Positions 26,267 to 38,599 of a DNA stretch of 64,000 nt are shown piece after piece. The notes under the pieces are model-generated. The model did no database searches. It was not told where the DNA came from and saw only the letters and a list, made by a program, of their open reading frames with translations. Both the position numbers and the translations under genes were made by a program. The stretch covers positions 2,728,001-2,792,000 of the forward strand of contig NEEC01000004.1 of NCBI GenBank assembly GCA_002189035.1, given 5' to 3'. Numbering within the stretch: position 1 is the first letter of the stretch; the number at the start of each line of letters is the position of its first letter. The stretch comes from Utricularia gibba (taxonomy: Eukaryota; Plantae; Magnoliophyta).

Positions 26267-29200
26267 ATGGCGGAAAATAGCACAGCCACCAACCTAGTCC
26301 ATGATGGAAGCGCCAACGCACAAGACCTTGGCCTTATGATCACCAGCAGGGAACAGCTAAAGGCCCTTATAACGGAAATCCTCACCGATTTCAGAACACC
26401 TTTGGGCCTCAACTCCAATGCCTAGGAGGGGACACCTGAAACCGCACCACAAGCGGAGAAGCAACCCCTCGTTCCGGAATGCCCCTTAGACACAGAGACT
26501 GAGTCCGAAACTGAAGAGGAGATACTACGAAGGAAAAGGCACAACCAAGTCATATATGAGCCAAGAACTCATAAGGAAAACATGACTGGCAAGATCTTGA
26601 AAAAAAAGGAAGAAGAGCTGAAGAGAGAGTTAGACCTGATCCGCAAGAGGAGAAGACTTATTGACAAACAGATGTCGTCAGGGAGAACAGAGGATAGGGG
26701 CTTTAGGGGTGTTTTCGACCAGAATGCATCCACCGGGAGAGGGGATGTTCTGGCCGATATTGCTCTGGTCTTGAAGAGTGGAGTTGAGGGAGTAGCTGGG
26801 ACTACAGCGCTGCGCTTTGACCCTTTCTCGGACGATTTAGTCGAGGAAGTTCGCTTGCTCGCTCCAAAAGGGAGCAAAGACTTGGTTTAAACAGTTAGAA
26901 CCATGCAGTGTGGCATCCTATCGGGAGTTAGTGCTGCTCTTCACTACCCGATACGCTGTCAACCTCGAAGCTCCACCTTCAAAGGCAACACTGTACTGTA
27001 TTCGGTATGACCACCGAAAAGAGAGTTTGAGAAGATTCGTCGATCAATTTAACTGCCAAGCGCAAGACGTCCAGCTAGATTTAAAGGAGAGGGTGGAGAT
27101 AATGAAGCGGGCCCTGAGAACATCGAAGTTAGGGCAGAGTCTATCTAAATCCCCCCCTCCCCCCAAAAAAACCTTGGGGAATTGTTAAGGAAAATCATGA
27201 AGTACATTCGGGTGGATGAAGACCTCAGGGCCAAAATGAAGAGCCATGTTCAGATCCGTCTGGCTCTGTAGCAAGAAATGCAGCGTATTCGGGCCCACCG
27301 GCCGAATAAGCGCCGTGAAGTATATCAGGTGGAACCGACCAAAACGAATGCCTATTGTGAGATACACAAAACAACAGGGCACAATACGGCCGACTATTGG
27401 ATAACGAAAAGGTTAGTTGAACAATATCATGCCAACGGGGGAACAAACAACACGACACGGAACCCTATGCAAGTGACAGAAAGAAAAAGGGGACGTAATG
27501 AGCATCCGAGGATTGAGGGTAACTGATATCCGAAGTTCCCCTGAAAACTAGTGAGGGAAAATCCAAGAGCCAACAGGGAACCAAGTCCTGGAGGAGGACA
27601 ACACGTACCGGAAAGTTCAAGGAATGCCCATCAAATGCAAGGTAGTCCCCCCTATATTCGGGAAATCCATGTGATATCTGGAGGAACCGAAATGGATGCA
27701 TCAGGAAAAGCACGGAAGAGATATTTGGACGAAGCCAGAAGAGGAGAAGTTTTCGAGATCGGGAGTGGTTCGAATGAGAAAGCCGCTTGGGAAAAGGAAG
27801 AGGTCAGGTTCTTCCACAGAGACATTCCGGTCAACCTAGCCACAAGAAACGAGCCTTTGGTGGTATCAGGAATATGCGGGAGCACCAAAGTAAGGAGGAT
27901 TCTTATTGATCAAGGATCCTCGTGCAACATCATGAAAAAGGAAGTAGCCGAGTTACTGGCGTCATCCAATGAGGGAAATATCCACCATGCGCGCAGGGAA
28001 TTATACGCATTTGACCAGCGGGCCATGCAAACTATTAAGAAAATAACCCTGCCAGTAACATTCAGAGCAGCAGGGTGGAGCCAAACCGAGAGGTTGGAAT
28101 TCTTGATCCTGGATTCGGAGGTCTCATACAACATCATTCTCGGGTGACCCAATATCAACCAATTCGGTATGTTACCCTCTACTGTGCATTTGAAAATTAA
28201 ATTTCCAACATCGAGGGGCATCTGCACGATGGAAATTGAGCAACCAACCGCCCGGTCCAATTATGTATCTTCCTGCCGGGACCCTGTGCGAAAAAACCGA
28301 GGGTGATGAATGTAGAAAGGGAACCTCCCAGACAAGCAATGGAACCGGTGGGGTATAAGTCGGTGCAACTAGTGCTAGGAAATCACAGAAGGCAACCCGC
28401 ATTGGTGCTAATCTAGACACCGTATTCGAGGAGAGGTTAGTTGAACTTTTGATAAAGAATACCGATATTTTTGCCTGCATTGCTTCAGACTTTGTAGGCA
28501 TTGATCAATCCATTGCTGAGCATCACATCGATACTTACCCGGAGGCAAAACCAGTTCAGCAGAAGCAACGGCATTTCTCCGAGGAAAAATGCCGAATTAT
28601 CAAGGAAAAAATGAGGGAGCTCCTGGAAGCTGGTTACATGAGGGAGATCCAATACTCCGAGTGGGTAGCCAACCCAGTCATCATCCTGAAGCCCGGGGGA
28701 AAGTGGAGAATGTGCGTAGACTTGACCGACCTCAACGCCTGCTGTGAAAGGGATCCTTACCCCTTGCCAAAGATTGATAAGCTAGTGGACGCTATCGCCG
28801 GATCCCGATTTTTGAGTACCATGGACCCCTATTGAGGTGCATCGAGGCAAAGCATTCTCAAGAACTTATAACCGATTTGCATGAAGGGGATTGCGGCAGC
28901 CACGTCGGAATACAGTCCTTATGCAGGAAAGTCTTGAGAACCGGGTATTATCAACTATGAAGCGGGATATCACCGAAATGGTGAGAAAGTGCAAGGTATG
29001 CCAATACCATGCAAGTATACTGAGAAAACCGATATGTAACCTGACCTCCCTTCCATTCTCATGTCCATTCGATCGATGGGGAGTGGATATTATGGGGTCG
29101 TTCCCCCACACCTCGGGTCAAAGGAAATTTATCAACGTGGGAGTCGAATATTTCTCCAAATGGGTAGATATCAGAGGAGACTGTTATCCGATTTCTGTGG

Positions 29201-29885
29201 AAAAATATCTTCATCTGGTTTGGGATTCCTCAAGAGCTAGTGAACGATAACGGAACCCAATTCGCTGGAGGAAGAATGGATGCATTCTTGGATAAACATT
29301 CGGTTAAGCACAACTTCAATTCGGTATATCACCCGCAAAGCAATGGAGGTAATGAACCGAACGCTCAGGCTAGGTATGAAGACTAAGCTTGAAGATTTTG
29401 GAGGGTCATGGGCAGATCACTTGGATGAGGTGCTGTGGTCGTATCGCACTACCCCTTGAACCACCATGAAAGAATCCCAATTCTTATTGGTTTACAGTTC
29501 AGAAGCCGTATGCCCTTTCGAACTAACCCTGAAAAGCTACCGGGTGAAGCATTATAATGAAGAGGAAAATGCTGACCTGCAAAAATTGGAGTTGGAGCTG
29601 TTGGAGGAAAAACGGCAAAACGTCTATAGTCGACTAGGGGCTTATCAAAGAAGAACGGAGAGGAGTTATAACAAGTCGGTATCCCCAAGGGAATTCTCCG
29701 AGGGAGGTTTGGTGCTCTGAAGCATTCAACCATAGAGACATGCTGGAAAATTAGATCGCAACTCGGAAGGCCTTTATCGGATTTCAAGGGTAATCGGAAA
29801 AGGAGCATATCGTCTAGAGCAGTTAGGCAGCGTGGAACTCCCACGGTCGTGGAATGCATCACACCTAAGGAAATTCTTCGCCTAA
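26267..29885 (+). pseudogene. Disrupted gag-pol (gag, aspartic protease, N-terminal RT, integrase); RT core and RNase H missing
   Basis: Gag: FDPFSDDL..ESLRRFVDQFN. Protease: IHVISGG..EPLVVSG..RRILIDQGSSCNIM. RT start: EWVANPV..GKWRMCVDLTDLN..DPYPLPKIDKLVD..FLSTMDPY. This joins directly to integrase: LHEGDCGSH..KCKVCQYH..PFDRWGVDIMG, ending WNASHLRKFFA*. Confidence 0.9.
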
Positions 29886-30349
29886 TTGGCTCAATATCAA
29901 TCTCTATCACCGGTTTACACTGAATTCGGTACTTCTTTCCTCAAAACACTAAAGCGGCTATAAATTCCTCCAAAGTGGAGATGAGTAAACGAAACCATAA
30001 GCCCTGGCCGAGTCACGTAAGCCCAAGCAGACCCTCAAAAATCTAAGCCATAAGCCCTGGCCAAGTAACGTAAGCCTAGGCAAGTCTTCTATGTCGCCAG
30101 CGGGATACTGCAAATCAACTCGGAATTCCCCTTGACATATATGTCTGTGATCCCCCAAACCCATGCGCCAATGACAAGAGTAAGCCCTGGTATAATCTGG
30201 GCACCGGTTTCCGTAAACCGCACGCGTAAGCCCCAAAAAGCCCTTAAGTACCAACCTTACCGCCGGAATCTCGAGACGGCAAGAGCACCCAAAGCAGATC
30301 TACCCATGTTCAAAACAATGGGATCTCGACCGGAAGAGGGCCTATGTGG

Positions 30350-31830
30350 ATTGGGGAAGTCACCCACATTCCGCAATTCTTCCTCCTGGTGGGTGCGCTT
30401 CCCTAAAACGGTCTTCAGCGAACTCCCCTCCTCCTCCAGCAACTTTATCTAGGCGTTCTGAGCCACAACCTGGGCTTGAAACCAAGAAACTATCTTCGAT
30501 TATGAACCAATCTCTCTAACCATTCCCACCCAAAAGTTAAAGCCTGAAGGAACATTGCCAAGTCAAGGACCGACTATATAGAGTTTAAAAGGGAAACGGA
30601 ATGCGTACTTGCCAGATCCCTTCAAGTAAAGTATCCGGCCGAACACCCAAGGTACACGACATAGCTCCCTCCAGGATTTTCCTTAGTTCGGCTGGAGCCG
30701 AAGGTGGAGGAAGCGCCGGGTTATCCCTTACTTCTACGGGGGTAGAATCCCTCTGTATCTCAATTAGGAGAGCCGATGTCGAAGCACCGGCCGAAAAGAA
30801 TCTCGCATCACGAATTGGAGTATCTCTAGGATCGGGTGACGGAGGAAGTTTCTCTTTCCCTTTCCTGGCTGAAGGATGGGGAGTCAACCCCCGAGTCTCG
30901 GAGACTTCTACTAGTTGATCCTCCTCTGAGGAGAGGTCAGCAGCGTCCGGCTGAGCTCTAGAAGAATCGACTTGAAAGAAAAACCGAAAAAAGATTATAA
31001 TCGGGAATTCACGATAACTGTTAAATAGAAGACTTAACCCTCTTCTTTTTCTTGGGGGCCGTTCTTTGAACAGGTGGGGGGATTAGGGATGAAGCCGAAA
31101 CAAGAGGAGAGGTTGGAGAGGGGCTAAGAGGAAGGTTTCGCAAATCGGTGCCGTCGAAGGGAACGATATCGAGCCAATGAGGATCTCGAGAACGACCGAT
31201 AATACCCGACCTTTTCAGCGATTCACCCGAGAACATCAAGGCATGAGACTCGTACCGGATTGAGCCTCGACTAAGCCTCTCGTAAAGAACTTCACAAGAT
31301 TCTGAAGAAGACCGATACGCACCGAAGAGTTTGACTTTGAAACTAGTTGGGGGATCAACTGGGAAGTTCCACCGAAAGCCCGAAGGGGGTGCTACCCAAA
31401 CAAAAGAAGACCACCAATCATGGTGGGTATCGGGGGCCTTAACAATAAAATTGGGGTTATCTTCGAATCGGCGGAATTGAAAATGAGATCGGCCATCCAT
31501 CGAGGACTTCGCTTTACGAACGGCTATCTTGAAGAGATGGAGAAAATCTATCAGAGTCATAGCCGGATCCATACCAGCCGAGTAGAAGAGAAAGGTAGTG
31601 AAGCAGAATATGGAATTCGGAGCGAGGCAGTAAAGCGGAATCGCAAAGGTGTAGAGAAAGCGGACTATTAAAGGATGAAGTGGAAAGCGTAAACCACTCT
31701 CGAAATAGGCAAGCGGAATTGGGAGACTGAATGGAGGCGGGGGGTTCTCGCCTAACCCCCAAGGGATTTCGATATCCTAAGCATGACAAAGTTGGTACTC
31801 ATCAAGGATCGAGTACCGAATGCAAAGAGA
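30350..31830 (-). pseudogene. Antisense accessory ORF of the Tat element (deleted copy)
   Basis: Minus-strand frames give LPISLAYFESGLRFPL..MDPAMTLIDFLHLFK..KAPDTHHDWWSSFVWV..KKKKRVK and TPHPSARKGKEK..EGIWQ; homologous to 61088-63261. Confidence 0.75.
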
Positions 31831-31839
31831 GGGGCTAAA

Positions 31840-32366
31840 TGATACGGGATAAATCGGTCGAGGGTAACCGGCTTCCAAAAGGCTGCCAAAAAAGACTCTG
31901 AGGGGATAATGCCAGTCGACAGACTGATATCTGTCAGAAATCTGACAGGTATGTCCATATGACACAGTCTGAAAAGCGGCCGAATTACGGCATAACAGGC
32001 GGCTGATATCTGAAAAACGAAATCGTATAGCAGGTGTAGAAAGCAACCGACATTTGCAGACATCAGGATTCAATCAGATTTAGCTCTTCTATAAATAGAA
32101 GGAACTATGACGAAAAGGTGGTTGGACTCTCAGAACTCTTCAACTTGTATTCTCTTCTTGGCCACCTCCGTCTAGTGGAAATCTTTTTCGGCGAGCTCTG
32201 ATAGCTCCGTGGTTTTTCCGTCTTCCGGCGGTTTCCACGTAAAAATCTTTGCTTACTCTCATTTCAACCGAACCAACCGTGAAAAATGCAATTAAGTGTT
32301 ATATTCCCGATTGCACTTATCACCCTAAAATCGGCCCCCCATCGGACATCGATTTTACCCACAACA
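31840..32366 (+). repeat. 3' LTR (527 bp)
   Basis: TGATACGGGATAAATC...TTTTACCCACAACA; roughly 30 substitutions versus the 5' LTR by eye. Confidence 0.95.
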
Positions 32367-33384
32367 AACACAAAATGTGATGGTGAATTTGGTAAAGGCC
32401 TTGTACATGTTAATTTGGTATTATTATTACTATAATTAGTGCGTGAAAAAAAAATTAATATGTTCATTGCATACTACATAACTAGTAGCCATCATACTAA
32501 ATAACTCATGAAAATTCAACCAAGGCGAAAAGAATAAAAATAGACCGATACAAAAAATGGGAATCTTATGGGATGGACATGCATTGTTACATCTGATCAA
32601 TAAATTGGATGATTTTGAAGAATTACCATCCTTACTTTTGTGTTTGTGAAAAATGATTATTTTCAGTAATTTTATTTCACCTAAACATCTATGAAAGAAT
32701 TGATTATGCTTCAAAACGAGACTCAATAAATCCCCAATAAATGATGTTTCATGTGATATGCCCATGGTGTCGCTCTATTTGGGGCACACACATTCATAAG
32801 AATACTGCGGCATAAGCAAGTGTCTGATATATCAGTTCTTGGCTTGTGCATTTGATAAACTACTTGATTATTTTATTACTTAAGTGCAAGTTCTTGAATC
32901 AAGTACCATGTCAGATTATTATTTGGATTTCCTAGCTTGTTCTTCTTACTTGCAAAATTTTTCTTTTGTGCTGAAGCACTGAGCAATCAACTTATGATAT
33001 ACCTGATTTTAGGAAGAAATAAAGGGGTCAAGGTTTTTTTGAGGTACACTTACCATGATTGAAGGGGTTTAAGCGGATAATAAATGCTTTGAAATAATAT
33101 TTAAGTGGAATATATTTTTAATATCTAGATAATATTTTATATTATTAGGATTTCTAGTTCACTTGTTTGAAGAAGGAAAAACTTGTCCTAATTATTTTCA
33201 AACTAGCAAGCACACATTAAAACTAAACTTATCCATCATTGTGATGAAAAGTAACATGTATTAGTTTTTAAAATGCTAGAATAGCAATGACCTTGAACTC
33301 AGATGTGTTGGTTCTAACACTGATGTTGATCAACCAGATCACTAATTATGCCAGTTTTTAAAAGAAAATTTTATTTTCTCCCAA

Positions 33385-33962
33385 AAACTAAAAGGTTTTA
33401 ATCACAAAAAGCCATAAAAACAGAAACGAAAAGGAAGCTAAGTGTTTTTCCTCCTTGAGGGGGGGGAAGAACTCAAAAGTTCTAAATACAAAGCTAAAGT
33501 GCGAAAAGTCCGAAACTAAGTGCTCCAAGTGGCTTTTATATCACTCCTCACGTGCATTAACTCCTTTGGGTCCCCTTCCCATCATTCCTTCTGTTTTGCA
33601 TGCGTCACTAGACTTACTTTGCGTGCAAGTTAGTGCTCAATCATTTCTACATACTCTGACATGCTGTAAGTCAGGAATCTTGACCAATGCCAGACTTCCG
33701 CCTACCATTGTTCCAAGTCACGTACAAGTCACGAAAAGTCAAATTCTGACCACCTGCAATACTCGTGCAACACTCCACGACAATCTGCTGACATGTCTCG
33801 ATCAAAGTGTGAGAAAAAAGACATAAAATATATACAAAATAGGAAAATATGATTTTTCTAAGGAAATACAATATTTATCAATATAAATCCTAAATTGGGC
33901 AACTTAGCACTAGATTAATACATAATAATACATAATAAATAATTAAAAAATGACAATTAACA
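33385..33962 (-). mobile_element. Partial LTR of the same Athila-like family as 21419-22717
   Basis: Colinear diverged similarity to 22141-22717, ending at the same TGTTAA(G/T)TGTCATTTT terminus. Confidence 0.7.
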
Positions 33963-34005
33963 GTTATAAATAGAAATGCATGGCAAATGGGGTGCATTAA
34001 CTAAC

Positions 34006-34265
34006 CCAACACACAAATTTATAGTGTTTAGTAGCGCTCAAACATTCAATTGAATGTTATCCAGATTACCCTTCCTCTAACCAATTTAATGTGCACAAGT
34101 GTGGACTAATCACTTCGTCCAAGCCCAATTTGAAATTTGTATAGTTAGTTAACAATGATAAATCTTATTCTTTAACTCAATACAGTCCCCAATCTCAAAA
34201 GGCTAAATTGTGCTTGTGGGACTTGGGGTGAATTTCCTCATCAAGTATTCTCATTAGACTCATCA
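34006..34265. repeat. Diverged ~270-bp direct repeat, copy 1 (LTR-end-like)
   Basis: Colinear with 36061-36342; both end gggacttggggtgaattt...ctcattagactcatca. Confidence 0.7.
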
Positions 34266-36060
34266 TTCCCTTGTGATGAGGGAATGATGCATTATTTGGG
34301 TAATCACAGTTCATTTAAAGCGACCTATGTTTTGATATTCAATTTTGCGTAGAAGTTGATTCTTCAGCTCTTTCATGTTCTTTATCTGATTCTACAAGTT
34401 GTGTCTCGGCGTTGAACAAATGAGAGATGCTATTGTGTGTAGAATCTAGATCTTAGGTTTCTACACATTAATTTGGAGCATACTCAATTTCGACATAAAA
34501 AGATGAGGGTTATTAAGAAAATTTTGAGTGGTATATATAGAATTGTATTTCCAATGGAGCCCATAAACTTGTAAGCTCTCTCGTAGACATCATATATCAT
34601 AAAAATAGTGGAATTTTAAAATTTTCGAAAAACTCAAATTGCAAATTTTAGAGTAGTGCATACGTCAAATAAAGTGATACTGAAAATACTTTTTAGTGAA
34701 TTCCGTTATTCACCAACAATCAATAGTAGACAGTCGTTATAATATCCACACGTAAAGTACTTCATGTATAATTTTCTCAAATGCTAGTAGAGAGAATCAT
34801 CGTTCATCAGATAAATCTCATAAAATGAAGATGTGAAAAAAAAAACCTGGAAATTTTTTTTTTCATATCAATCTTATATTTTTCATATCAATCTGATATG
34901 AAAAATTCTTTTTTCCAGGTTTTTTTCATATCATCTTACATAGATATTTAATAATATATCTAATCAAATTTTCATAGATATCTTATCTTACCTAAATCTT
35001 ATTTATATAACATATTTTATTTTGAATTAAATCAATATTAATCTGAAAATAATTTTTTATTTCATTTATCCATTTAAATAATTATATCTTATATAATTGT
35101 ATCATTCTATTTTATATCAAGAAATTATTTTACTATTAGGTGTGATCCTATAGGTTTATTGAATCAAGAGTGTAATAATAAATTTATTAAATGATTCTTA
35201 ATTAATTAAATACATTATTATCAATTATAAGTGATGTCTAGCAATATATAATGATTATGAGATAAAAGAATAATCCGGTGAATTCATTAAATTTTTTTAT
35301 GACCAATCACTATATAATAAATAGCTTTATCATAATTATATCTCATTCAATACCAGAACATGAATATGTGTCTTTTTAATGTATTGAACTTATAATTATA
35401 TTTAAACACTAATATTAAATGGCCTACTCAAATTCTTTGAGTATCATTAACCTAGGTTCAAGACTTATTATTAGGATTGATACAATTACTTGAGATAATA
35501 TCTTATAGTTAACATAAGTGATGAATATTTTATTGATCAATCAATTATCTCAAACCTTAAAGAGTCGCATCTCTTCTCATTCATATTAGGTAAATCATAG
35601 TTAGACTCTTAAGTGAAAATGTGAGATTAAGATCAAAATAACTTTGTTGATTTTAGATTTAAACTTACTTGTTCGATTGTCATATTCGAGATTTTGCTAC
35701 TAAAATTTAATTAGCTTCCCACAGTAGCATATTGAAGATAAGTCATCCGATGAATCAATTTTCTAATCGACAATATTAATTGTGAGAACTATTACTTAAA
35801 AAGTTTAAGAACTCAATATATGCTAGCTTATCTGCAATTATGATATCTTCATTTCACAAATACTTTAAATATAGAATTTTTAACTTGAAAATGAATGTTT
35901 GAAGAATCTCACAATATGATTTCATCATAATTTCAATAGTGCATAGATTAAGTATATGATTTTATCATTAATGTAAATTTGATCACTATTCAAAATAAAA
36001 ATAAAAAAAATAAGATTTAACAATAAGTTGATTGTCTTTAAAATACATACACCGACAAAA

Positions 36061-36342
36061 CCAACCCAACATATAGACTTATGGTGTTTAGCATCGCACC
36101 AACATTCAAACAAATGTTAGCCACGTTACCATTGCTTTGTTAGATTTAATGTGCCCAAGCGTGGATGAATCACTTTGTTTAGATCCAATCTGACTTTCAG
36201 ATAATTAGTCAATGACAATGGACCTTATTCTTTAGCTCTCCAATTCAACCCTCAATCTCAATATCCTTTTACCTAATTGATGTAATGTGCTCTCGGGACT
36301 TGGGGTGAATTTCATCATCAAGTAGTCTCATTAGACTCATCA
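36061..36342. repeat. Diverged ~270-bp direct repeat, copy 2
   Basis: Colinear with 34006-34265. Confidence 0.7.
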
Positions 36343-36899
36343 TAGTGGTTGGATTCAACATTTGAGCTAGCTAATGCATTGTGGCCTTTCTCAAACAACA
36401 CTTCATGCAAGGCATGTCAACTTCAAATCAAATTAAAACAAAAAGTGCCAGTCACTCCAAGAAGTGGTTGGAACTAAGATAGAGCAATAGACCTGGACAG
36501 CAGATCAAGTCGACAACTTGAAAGCTCACAATCAACTCAAAAATTATGGTCTTGCAAATTGGGTATAATAAATCAACCCACATGGGTAGTAAATAGGAGA
36601 CTGCAGCAATAACAAACTAACATTCAAATTGAATAATCTGAATGTTGGAATGGAGTTGGAAAACACCTATAAATAGGAATCCAAACAATGTATAAATAGA
36701 TCATTTACCTCAATTTTATACCATATTTTTCTACAATTCTATCATAATAATCGAAATTCCCACATGATAGTTAAAACCTTCTAGGTTAACTCCTTAAAAA
36801 AAATTAAATGAGAAATATGAAATGCTGATAGAAAAATGAGAATTTAGAAAAAAAATGACTGAGTGGCATAGTCATGAGATCATGTGATTATGATCGGGT

Positions 36900-37720
36900 A
36901 ACTACATTTACGCTCCATGAACTCCATTGAGGTTGACTCAACTGCCATTTATTCTGGTTGATGCATTGGCTTCCACATTGTTCATTTATGAAACCAACAT
37001 TAGTCCTCAAATACTCAAACAGAGCAATGGGAAGAAGTTTAGTCATGATGTTTGCTACTTAAACTTGGATGCAGAAGTAATGAACACTACTCTCTTCATC
37101 TTTCAGCAGCTCTCCGATTAGATGATACTTTATTGAAATATATTTGATACAATCATGAAACATTGGATTCTATTTGTTAAGTCTAGATCTTTAAGTGTTT
37201 TCCTCAATTAGATGGCATTGTTTGTAGCTAAGGAGGTTGCAACATATTCTACTTCAGCTATTGATTGAGCCACCATCCCTTATCCTTTTTTGTTTGTAGA
37301 TCATACTCGCGATGTTCATTCTAAGTTGGAAAGCATAATTGCTGGTGCTTTCTTTTTAATCATTAATCACTACCGCTTTTAAAATTTGGATCCTGCAAAA
37401 TCAACATCCACATAACCTTCAAGATGATCACAAAATTGTTATAATAAAACTACAACTCATAATCAGAGGTTCATGCCACATTTTGAAACATTCTCTTCAC
37501 ACAAGTCAAAAAATTTATTGTCGACTGATGCATGAACCTATATACCCACAGTTTATAGAAGATCAGGTTTTTTGTTTATTCAATCTTCAAGATCGAAACA
37601 CTTGAGCATGTTTCCAATACATTTGCTTTGGTAACAATTACTGAATGGAAGACTGATTTTGATTAGCTGGAGCAGTATTATGCCATGCTAACTTGCTTGG
37701 AAGTTGCGATTGATTAAAAG
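36900..37720 (-). mobile_element. Ty1/Copia RT-RNase H remnant
   Basis: Minus strand reads LEGYVDVDFAG, STAEVEYVATS and KYHLIGELLKDE..VANIMTK, degenerate Copia RNase H motifs with stops. Confidence 0.75.
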
Positions 37721-38599
37721 TGATCACTAATTGATTGGTTTAGATTTTCCAAAGTTTAAATTATTTGGGCTTAAACAAATACGAATGTTTAAGTTTATGT
37801 GTAGAGTGAAATTTAATATATTGAATTATTTTATTTGAGAGATATCATATTTTTATGCTTATTATGCATGTTCAGTATTATGAATATACATACCTGCAAA
37901 GAGAACAATCAAAATTTTGTAAACTCGTTATAATGCAACATAAAACTACATGTCAAACAAATTGTTGGCCTTATTCTAGGTTTTTGAGGAAAAGAGTAGA
38001 GGAATTCGACAGATATAAAAACATAACTTTAAGTGAAAAAATTATCAGAATTCAGAACAATTTCAATAAAAAAAATAGCAACCAATAAATACAACTCTAT
38101 AAACAAATTAAATGAGAATTTGTATTATTGTGGGATGATAAGTGATCATCATTTGGTAGCGGTAGTCTTCCATGAACTCAACTCGCATTTGAGATAGTTA
38201 GGAAATTAGTATTATTAAAAAAAATAAGTGATCATGATCTGGTATGCGAAAGATTTACCACTTTCAATTATACATGCTATCCTTGATCAGAATAATCTGT
38301 CTTTCCTCCACATCCCTATTTCCCAAAGTTGTGTCTCAACTTCAATAATAAATGAAGCTTATAATAAATAAAATTTTCTTTAATCATTGCAAATAAAGAT
38401 TTTTGTATCAAATAATTATTTATAAAACTCAATTCATAATAAAACACGACTCAAATGACAATATATAGAAAAATTGAGTTTAGTCCTTGTTGTCCGAAAC
38501 TTTATGTATTATGATTATCACAAGGGATTTTTATTCATAGTGAAAATTATCAAGGCATAATCAGCAACTATAAAGATAAAAGTAAAAAAAAAAGAAAAC

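Larger units (their letters stand above)
25665..32366 (+). mobile_element. Ty3/Gypsy Tat/Retand-type LTR retrotransposon, both ends intact, internally deleted (non-autonomous)
   Basis: Paired LTRs, 5-bp TSD AACAC (25660-25664 and 32367-32371), PBS, gag-PR-partial RT-INT, a long 3' region with an antisense ORF, and a purine tract before the 3' LTR. Confidence 0.95.

Noticed and set aside
21419-33962. One large Athila element bounded by the LTRs at 21419-22717 and 33385-33962
   Set aside because: The flanks CTAAG and GTTAT do not form a TSD, the LTRs are strongly diverged, and no PBS follows the right-hand copy.
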